A stretch of DNA of 64,000 nucleotides from an uncultured Thermoplasmata archaeon (GTDB lineage: Archaea; Thermoplasmatota; Thermoplasmata; UBA10834), in assembly GCA_963705355.1 (NCBI GenBank), contig OY970070.1, forward strand, positions 1,906,960 through 1,970,959, given 5' to 3'. Both the position numbers and the translations under genes were made by a program. Below are positions 57,498-64,000 of this stretch, piece by piece. The stretch's first letter is position 1. Each line of letters starts with the position of its first letter. Below the pieces are notes generated by a model. The model saw only the letters and a program-made list of their open reading frames with translations. It ran no database searches and was not told the DNA's origin.

Positions 57498-58460
57498 ATG
57501 ATCCAGCTGGGCAACGGCATCCTGATCGAGGTTGATGGCTGCTCGTTCAGGTTCGATCCGAAGCGAGTTCTTCTCGGCGAGACGAGCATGATATCTCACG
57601 CCCACTCAGACCACCTTCCGAGTTCTTTCAAGCAGATGTCGGCGATATGTTCTCCTGTCACGAGAGATTTCATCAAGGCGCGGAGGAACAAGGAGATCGG
57701 GATAGACTCCGATGACCGTGTGAAGGAGCTTGAGGCCGGGCACATCGCGGGCTCGAGAATGTTCTTCGTTAGCGGGGACACGCGGGTCCTGTACACGGGC
57801 GATTTCTGCACGAGGGAGAAAGCAAACACAGAAGCAGCAAAGCCGCACAAATGCGACATCCTGATCACCGAGGCAACCTACGGCAAACCGCAGTACATCT
57901 TTCCAGACCACGAAGAGATCATGTCAGTCGCAAGGGATTGGGTGCGAGACATAGTGAAGAGGGATGGATGCGCAGTCCTCTTCGCTTATCCACTCGGAAA
58001 GTCACAGGAGCTCACGGCCTACTTCAGAGATCTTCCGTTGGTCCTTCACCCTGCGATTGCCGAGAACAACCGGATACTCAGGAGGCATGGCTACGAGCTC
58101 GCCCAGACGGAATTCGATGCTCATCGGACGAAGCCGCCGTTCGTGTACATCACGTCTGGATTGGGCAAGGACGCGCCTCGTGTGCAGTCGTTGAGAAAGC
58201 ACGGAGCCAAGACGGCAGCATTCTCAGGATGGGCATTGGAGAAGGGTTTCAGATACCAGTCCGGGGTCGACGAAGCGTTCCCGGTTTCGGACCATTGCGG
58301 TTTCGACGAACTCACGGAGTTCATCAGAAGGTGCAGTCCCCAAAACGTTTTCACGAATCACGGGTTCTCAAAAGAGTTGGCGATGCATGTGCGTCGCTCG
58401 CTGGGGATTCAGGCTCAGCCGTTGGTTGCCAGGCAGAGGACTTTGGATCACTTCTGCTGA
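57498..58460 (+). CDS. MBL-fold/beta-CASP nuclease
   Basis: SHAHSDH, AGHIAGS, YTGDF, EATYG, SDHCGF, NHG. Confidence 0.88.
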   Translation: MIQLGNGILIEVDGCSFRFDPKRVLLGETSMISHAHSDHLPSSFKQMSAICSPVTRDFIKARRNKEIGIDSDDRVKELEAGHIAGSRMFFVSGDTRVLYTGDFCTREKANTEAAKPHKCDILITEATYGKPQYIFPDHEEIMSVARDWVRDIVKRDGCAVLFAYPLGKSQELTAYFRDLPLVLHPAIAENNRILRRHGYELAQTEFDAHRTKPPFVYITSGLGKDAPRVQSLRKHGAKTAAFSGWALEKGFRYQSGVDEAFPVSDHCGFDELTEFIRRCSPQNVFTNHGFSKELAMHVRRSLGIQAQPLVARQRTLDHFC

Positions 58461-59422
58461 TCTTCCTGGGCAGAGCTGCCCCAAGATCTCAAGTATGTCC
58501 CCGTGGGCATGAACACCCTCGAGACATCGACCGCGAATCCTTCCGAGCGCTTCATGATCTCCTCGGAATCCATGAGCGACGTGCCAAGGGCGACGCCCTC
58601 TCCGCTGAGGGTCATGATCGCAACAGTTCCCCTCTTCTTGATGCGTTCGTCTAGAGACACTATCCCGGGGACGGCGAGGTTCGCACCGTGGCAGATCGCA
58701 TCGACCGCAGAGTCCTTGATCTCGATCTTGGGCATCTGGGCAAGAAGTACTTCCTTCGGCCTCAGCATCTTCCTGAGCGGACCGCTATCGCCAGCTTTGT
58801 GCTCCTCGTAGGCGTCCTTGAGGTCATGCAGAGAGACGGCGTCGTCCTCCGTCAGCACCCCCGCCCTCGTTCGCCTGAGATCCTGAAGATGCGCTCCCAG
58901 AGCTATGGCATCGCCGATGTCGACGCATAGGCTGCGGATGTAGGTCCCCGCCTCGCAGTCGACCTTGAAGAGCACATCACGGCCGGAGATCTCCAGCAGC
59001 GAGAGAGAGGTTATCCTTCTCGTCCTCAACTCTCTCTTGACGGCGGAACGCATGGGCGGGGTCTGATAGATCTCGTCTGTGAACTCCTTGAAGATCTCCT
59101 CCAGCCGTTTCCGATCGGCGTTGCCATGCATTCGCATCACGCCGACGTACGCCTTGGTCCCGTAGTGCAGCGTATCCATCGCGCGCACCGCGTTCCCCAA
59201 TCCAACCGGCAGAACGCCCGTGACTCGAGGGTCCAGAGTGCCTCCGTGGGCGGACTTCTTGGCGCCGACCATGTCCCCAACCCAGCTAGTTACTTGGTGT
59301 GAAGTCGGACCAGCCGGCTTGTCGATGACGACAACGCCGTCCTCCAGGAGCTCGTCGACCGTGCGTTCCTCGGGCCTTTTGCCCTTTCCTGAGCTAATCG
59401 GCCTCTTGGATTTCACGAGCAT
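58448..59422 (-). CDS. cbf5: RNA-guided pseudouridine synthase Cbf5
   Basis: DKPAGPTSHQV, HGGTLDP, GTYIR, PUA domain. Confidence 0.95.
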   Translation of the reverse strand: MLVKSKRPISSGKGKRPEERTVDELLEDGVVVIDKPAGPTSHQVTSWVGDMVGAKKSAHGGTLDPRVTGVLPVGLGNAVRAMDTLHYGTKAYVGVMRMHGNADRKRLEEIFKEFTDEIYQTPPMRSAVKRELRTRRITSLSLLEISGRDVLFKVDCEAGTYIRSLCVDIGDAIALGAHLQDLRRTRAGVLTEDDAVSLHDLKDAYEEHKAGDSGPLRKMLRPKEVLLAQMPKIEIKDSAVDAICHGANLAVPGIVSLDERIKKRGTVAIMTLSGEGVALGTSLMDSEEIMKRSEGFAVDVSRVFMPTGTYLRSWGSSAQEDQQK

Positions 59423-59960
59423 GTTCCACCTCTGCCTTCCTTGCCTTCTCCACGATCAACTCCGCGATCTTGTCTGCAGGGGTGCTTGAGGAGTCGACCC
59501 ACAAATCATAGACTGCTCTATCCGAAGGATCTACGCCATAATACGCGAGGTACCTCTTCTTTTCCGATCTCTCTCGTGAACGAATGTCCTTCAGCACCGA
59601 ATCGGCGCTCTTGCCCTCCCTGCGGGCTATCCTATCGGCCCTTACCTGCTCTGAAGCTTCGATGAACGCTGCGAACACAGGGACTCTCTTCGCCTTCAGG
59701 ATAAGACCTGCCAGCCTTCCCTCGATGACGATGTTTTCATTCGCCTTGGCGAGCGCGACCATGCGCTCGTCCAGCTCCTTGTCGATGGTCTCGTCCTCCT
59801 CGGCAAGCCTCCCGAAGGTCTCGAGGTCCACCTTGCGCTCCATCGCCATCTGTCTGAAGATCTGGCCCACGAGGATGAAATCGCAGTCGAGCCGGTTTGC
59901 GACGAGCATGCATATGGTTGTCTTTCCGCTTCCAGGTGGTCCGGAAATCGCTATCCTCAT
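59394..59960 (-). CDS. cmk: Cytidylate kinase
   Basis: ISGPPGSGKTT, G.IFR.MA, EGRLAG; conserved position after secY-DUF106. Confidence 0.9.
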   Translation of the reverse strand: MRIAISGPPGSGKTTICMLVANRLDCDFILVGQIFRQMAMERKVDLETFGRLAEEDETIDKELDERMVALAKANENIVIEGRLAGLILKAKRVPVFAAFIEASEQVRADRIARREGKSADSVLKDIRSRERSEKKRYLAYYGVDPSDRAVYDLWVDSSSTPADKIAELIVEKARKAEVEHAREIQEAD

Positions 59961-60673
59961 CGGCGGGCTCCCACTTCTTCAGGCTCCGTCTCACGCGTCT
60001 CTTCAATCGCCCCCGACTCCAGTTCGCGCAGCCTTCTGCCAAAACTGAAGTACTTCAGGACCCTCGTGAGGACCTGCCCGAACGGCAGAGTCAAGAGCGA
60101 GTAGAGCAGGATCCAGTTGGGCAGCACATTCGAGTGCTTCATGTCAGCGTTGAAGGCCCACGGGACCGAGAAAGCGGTCGATTGCAGGTCAAGATACACG
60201 AAGTTCGCGAGCCATGCGAATATCGGGATTATCACAAGCATGGTCACGGGCATCAGCTTCAGCTGCGTCTGGGAAGCCTTGAGCGACTGCGCCATGATCT
60301 GAGGCTGCAGCTCTGTCAGCTTCTTCAGCTTGTACGTGTTGTTGCTGGTTCTGGCCTCTCGGAGCTCCTTTTGAAAGGCAGATGTGATCCTGGCGTTCCT
60401 GGCCTGCCCAATCCAGTCCGAGAACAGATGTCTCACGGTGATGCTGAAGAAGCTCATCAGCAGACCCGTGAGCAGGAGGGTGAGGATCGGCTCGTGCCCG
60501 TTGAAACCAACCAAGGGCGTGAGCGGTATACCCACCAGCTTTCCGAGCCCCTGCCGCAGGTTCTGGTCGAACATCACGATCATCGCCGTGATGAACGCCA
60601 TCATGACGATCATCTGGTTGCCGACGCCTGCAGTCGGCGGTCTCGGTCCTCGAGGAGCGCCCGAGCTAGCCAT
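59957..60673 (-). CDS. DUF106/EMC3-TMCO1 family insertase
   Basis: Three TM helices plus coiled coil, KLMPVTM..IIPIFAW, WILLYSL; downstream of secY. Confidence 0.88.
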   Translation of the reverse strand: MASSGAPRGPRPPTAGVGNQMIVMMAFITAMIVMFDQNLRQGLGKLVGIPLTPLVGFNGHEPILTLLLTGLLMSFFSITVRHLFSDWIGQARNARITSAFQKELREARTSNNTYKLKKLTELQPQIMAQSLKASQTQLKLMPVTMLVIIPIFAWLANFVYLDLQSTAFSVPWAFNADMKHSNVLPNWILLYSLLTLPFGQVLTRVLKYFSFGRRLRELESGAIEETRETEPEEVGARR

Positions 60674-60677
60674 CTGT

Positions 60678-62255
60678 TCACTCGCCTCCGAAGAAGCCTC
60701 TCAGCACTGGATGCATCTCCATCATCTGCTCGCGGCCGATCGCGTCGTACAGTTGGATCATGATGCCCACTGAAAGCAGCACGCCTGTGCCTGAAGCGTT
60801 TCCGACGGTTCCTATGAGATCCGCGCCTGATGCCAGCGCGCCAACAGTCGCTCCAGAAATGACTGTCACCACGGGGATGTACCTCTCGAGCACTCTTTTG
60901 AGCACCCTCGGGTCCCTCCTGAATCCGGGGATCTGCATCCCGCTCGACTCGATCTGGCCCGCAACCGCTTCCGGGCCCATGTTCGTGGTTTCGATCCAGA
61001 ATCTGGCAAACAGCACGGAACCGCCCACCATGACGCCGACGTAGATGAGCACATGTATGGCTATCTGAAGCCTGGTCTTGTTCAGCCCCGTGGCATTGAG
61101 ATAGCTGTTGCTGAGCAGAGGCAAGAGCCAATCGCCCACGCCGTTCGACGACGACACGTAATAAGCCAGCCCACCGGACGGATGCGTTTTGCCCGCTGCA
61201 TAGTATCCGAGCATCCAGTTGTGGCCCAGTATCGGCACATGCTCAAATGCGGGGTGGCTCCAGAATAGCATTGAGAACATGCTCACGTTCGCCAGCAGGG
61301 CCGCCATGAGTATGACCGGTATGTTGGACGCGTAGATCAGCTTGATCGGGTACCTGCCCCTCGCACCCCGCGCGGTCCCGTGTGCGAGCGGGAGTTCGAT
61401 TCTGCTGGATTCCGTGTACGCGACGAAGAAGAAAATGGCGACAGTACCTATGAGCGCGACCATAGGGTTCGGCTGCGCGAGGAATATGCGTTCATAGCCT
61501 CCGTTCGAAAGCTGAGCGGCGGACATGTGGTGGAACAGGTAGATCGTCTTCGGGATGGTCCCCGCAGGAGGATTGCTGGACATGTCCAGCGGCTTCGAGC
61601 CATCGACAGGGTGCCAGTTGATCGATCCCGTGAAGATCTGCTGCGCTACCCCCGCGGCGATGAACAGGGATATGCCGCTCCCGATCCCCCACTTTGAGAC
61701 CACCTCGTCCATCAGGAACACAAGGTACGAGCCGACGAACAGCTGAATGACTATGAGGGACCTCGCGAAACTCGCACCATGTCCCGTCCAGAAGCTCTCC
61801 ATGTTGCTGACGAATTTTGTGGAGGGTTCCATGAAGCCGTAGACCTGGGGCGCGGCCTCGACGACTATCATGATGATGACCATGAGCTTCTGCGTGCCCT
61901 GGTAGACCGCCTTGTCCTCTTCTTTCTTCAGATCGAGCTTGATGATCTTCGCGCCCGTGAAGAGCTGCATGATGATCGAGCCGGTGACGATGGGACCGAT
62001 TCCGAGGTGCATCAACGAGAATTGCGCACCCGCGAGTATCGCCCTGTACTGGGCGAACAGATCGACTCCTCCTGTCGTGCTCAGCCCATAGATCATGATG
62101 TTGGTCATCGCGAAGTAAAGCACTAGTATGAGGATGATCCACATCATCTTCGTCCGGAAGTGCACGTGCCCTTCAGGCCTCGTCACCGCGGGCAGCCTGT
62201 CCGTCAGTGGCTTGAGCTTGTAGAGCATGCTCTTCTCTTCGTCCTCCTCAGCCAT
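60678..62255 (-). CDS. secY: Preprotein translocase subunit SecY
   Basis: LGIGPIVT, GIGSGISLFIAAG, YASNIP, GTGVLL. Confidence 0.97.
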   Translation of the reverse strand: MAEEDEEKSMLYKLKPLTDRLPAVTRPEGHVHFRTKMMWIILILVLYFAMTNIMIYGLSTTGGVDLFAQYRAILAGAQFSLMHLGIGPIVTGSIIMQLFTGAKIIKLDLKKEEDKAVYQGTQKLMVIIMIVVEAAPQVYGFMEPSTKFVSNMESFWTGHGASFARSLIVIQLFVGSYLVFLMDEVVSKWGIGSGISLFIAAGVAQQIFTGSINWHPVDGSKPLDMSSNPPAGTIPKTIYLFHHMSAAQLSNGGYERIFLAQPNPMVALIGTVAIFFFVAYTESSRIELPLAHGTARGARGRYPIKLIYASNIPVILMAALLANVSMFSMLFWSHPAFEHVPILGHNWMLGYYAAGKTHPSGGLAYYVSSSNGVGDWLLPLLSNSYLNATGLNKTRLQIAIHVLIYVGVMVGGSVLFARFWIETTNMGPEAVAGQIESSGMQIPGFRRDPRVLKRVLERYIPVVTVISGATVGALASGADLIGTVGNASGTGVLLSVGIMIQLYDAIGREQMMEMHPVLRGFFGGE

Positions 62256-62306
62256 CTGCACCCTTCCTTGATCCAGGCGTTTCCGGTCTTACCTCTGGTC
62301 CGATTC

Positions 62307-62732
62307 TCATTCGTTGATTAACGCCCCGCCGGCGCCCTTAAGCTTCTCCTGCGCCGATGCGGAAGCCTCCGCCACCCTCACCGATATAGCGGTCGTGATC
62401 CTGCCCGACCCGAGCAGCTTGTCGACGCCCATCTTGGTCAGGTCCACGCTCCACTTTCCGTCCTTCTGAACCGCGAACCCATCCTTCGCCAGCGACGGGA
62501 GCGCTTGTTCGACCTCAGAGAGGTTCATGGTGACCTTGTCGCTCACGACGGACTGCGGTCTTTTGAACCCGTGGTGGCCGAAATAATCAGGACAGTATTT
62601 AACGACGCTTATCCACTTGTGCTTGTGAAGTCCGGCATTCCCTCGGCCGCCCCTGAGGCCAGCTCCTCGTCCGGCCTTCTTGCCGCGACCGTGCGTTCTG
62701 CTACCTCTGAACTTGCTCGTCCTGCTGACCAT
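62307..62732 (-). CDS. rpl15: 50S ribosomal protein L15
   Basis: RGSRTHGRG, GGRGNAG, KLLGSG. Confidence 0.95.
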   Translation of the reverse strand: MVSRTSKFRGSRTHGRGKKAGRGAGLRGGRGNAGLHKHKWISVVKYCPDYFGHHGFKRPQSVVSDKVTMNLSEVEQALPSLAKDGFAVQKDGKWSVDLTKMGVDKLLGSGRITTAISVRVAEASASAQEKLKGAGGALINE

Positions 62733-63221
62733 CTACTTCCCCTCCGAGGGCTTGGCAAGCATTCGGTCTAGCAGCTTCTCGATCTCCGCGCCTCTATATC
62801 CGAGCGAGCCGCGGTCGACGTACGATCGCTTCGTGTTTCTGTAGCCTTGCCTCGGCGGCGGGAGCCTGAGGACCGGCTTCAGCCCCTTCACATCTGTGAG
62901 CTTCGCCTCTCCCTTGTCGATCGCCTTCGCGAGCGACAGTATCGAAGTGTACTCCGAGTTATCTTTGACGTATGCGTCTGTCACCCTGCCGCCTCCGACG
63001 ACCTCGCCTCTCTGGAACAGCAGCCGCGCGAGCGTCTCGTGCGTGAGTTCTCCCCAGGTGACATAGTCCTTCACGACCTGGAGCATCCCGTTTGTGGTGT
63101 CGTTCTGCGGGAGCACGACACAGTGGTTCACTCTTGTCAGCTTCATCATGTCCATGGTCTCGACGGCCTGGTGCTGAATCTTCGCGTGCCCTCGGACCCT
63201 CACTATGGCCAATGCCGGCAT
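62733..63221 (-). CDS. rpl30: 50S ribosomal protein L30
   Basis: AIVRVRG, GMLQVVKDYVTWGE, LRLPPPR.G. Confidence 0.95.
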   Translation of the reverse strand: MPALAIVRVRGHAKIQHQAVETMDMMKLTRVNHCVVLPQNDTTNGMLQVVKDYVTWGELTHETLARLLFQRGEVVGGGRVTDAYVKDNSEYTSILSLAKAIDKGEAKLTDVKGLKPVLRLPPPRQGYRNTKRSYVDRGSLGYRGAEIEKLLDRMLAKPSEGK

Positions 63222-63222
63222 C

Positions 63223-63942
63223 CTACTTCGCCTCCTTCGGCCCTTCCGGGGCATCCTCTGCCGTCTCCGGTGGCTCCTCTTGTGAAGTGCCAGCGACATG
63301 GATTTGGACAGGCCCGGTCATTATCTGGAGCCTGCTCTTCTGCTCGTCCGTGACCCTCAACTGTGAGGTTCTCCTGAGGGCCTCGAACGCCGCGATCGAG
63401 TTGTTGATGGTCGTCTTGGTGTGGCCCTTCGTGAAGCCCCACGCGTCCTTTATCCCGGCCATGCGCAGCACGCTCTTCGCGATGTCCCCCACGGCCAGCC
63501 CAGTGCCGCGAGGGGCGGGCTTTAGAGTCACGACGACGGAACCTGAGTGGCCGGTCACCTCGAACGGAAGCGAGTGAGGTGTCAAGCAGCCGCATTGCCA
63601 CGAGCCGCAGCCTCTCTTGATCTCGATGACGTTCAGCTTGGCGACGTCGATCGCCGCCCTGATGGCGGGCCCGACCTCCTTTCCTTTCAGCCTTCCGAGT
63701 CCTACATAGCCGTCGTAGTTGCCCACGACGACGGTGATCGCGAACCTGACCCTCCTTCCGGAGTCCGTCATCCTCTGGACCATGTTCACATCGAGGACTT
63801 CGTCGGCCAGATCCGGAAGCAGTATGTCCACGATCTCGGGCTCCCTGAGGGGCAGCCTGGTCTTCAGCGCCTCGCTCATGGTGGCTATCTTGCCCTCGGC
63901 GACCAGCCTGCCCAGCCTCGTCTTCGGCGTCCAATCACTCAT
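63223..63942 (-). CDS. rps5: 30S ribosomal protein S5
   Basis: [34 protein letters not shown]. Confidence 0.96.
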   Translation of the reverse strand: MSDWTPKTRLGRLVAEGKIATMSEALKTRLPLREPEIVDILLPDLADEVLDVNMVQRMTDSGRRVRFAITVVVGNYDGYVGLGRLKGKEVGPAIRAAIDVAKLNVIEIKRGCGSWQCGCLTPHSLPFEVTGHSGSVVVTLKPAPRGTGLAVGDIAKSVLRMAGIKDAWGFTKGHTKTTINNSIAAFEALRRTSQLRVTDEQKSRLQIMTGPVQIHVAGTSQEEPPETAEDAPEGPKEAK

Positions 63943-64000
63943 CAGTCGCACCTCCGATCTTGCTCTTTGCGCCTTCGAACATCGCAGCCGTGCCCTCTCG
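63935..64000 (-). CDS. rpl18: 3' end of probable 50S ribosomal protein L18 (truncated by window)
   Basis: ...[17 protein letters not shown] overlapping the rps5 start; assignment rests mainly on conserved gene order. Confidence 0.55.
   Translation of the reverse strand, partial: REGTAAMFEGAKSKIGGATDE

Overview
Chromosomal window of a GC-rich, probably anaerobic archaeon; gene content points to Thermoplasmatota (single-OB SSB, TA0175-type phosphatase, MptA, Cbf5, DUF106, archaeal spc-operon end rpl18-rps5-rpl30-rpl15-secY). Most of it is housekeeping or metabolic: a non-pyrrolysine MttB-family methyltransferase, a split glutamate-synthase operon followed by NfnAB, glmU-glmS, apt/hpt, FprA, tRNA-Asp and initiator tRNA-Met. 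The best candidate for an undescribed system is at 19.0-20.6 kb. A 58-aa CTG-initiated ORF missing from the ORF track encodes a signal peptide plus two synonymously recoded copies of GGHTWL, and it converges on a winged-helix + TPR protein. This is the layout of an RRNPP-type peptide signalling pair, here in an archaeon, and it sits back-to-back with a CRISPR-less CARF + PIN operon. Other notable items: a Cas4-like nuclease with four inserted TM helices next to a CDIN1/C15orf41-like nuclease; a PolB2 cassette with a mini-intein, a +1 frameshift and an ACG start; a candidate long box C/D RNA plus a multi-stem RNA at 48.2-48.5 kb; a free-standing LAGLIDADG gene abutting tRNA-iMet; and decayed tRNA-Glu-like repeats bracketing accessory genes. 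All family calls come from motif recognition by eye, not database searches.
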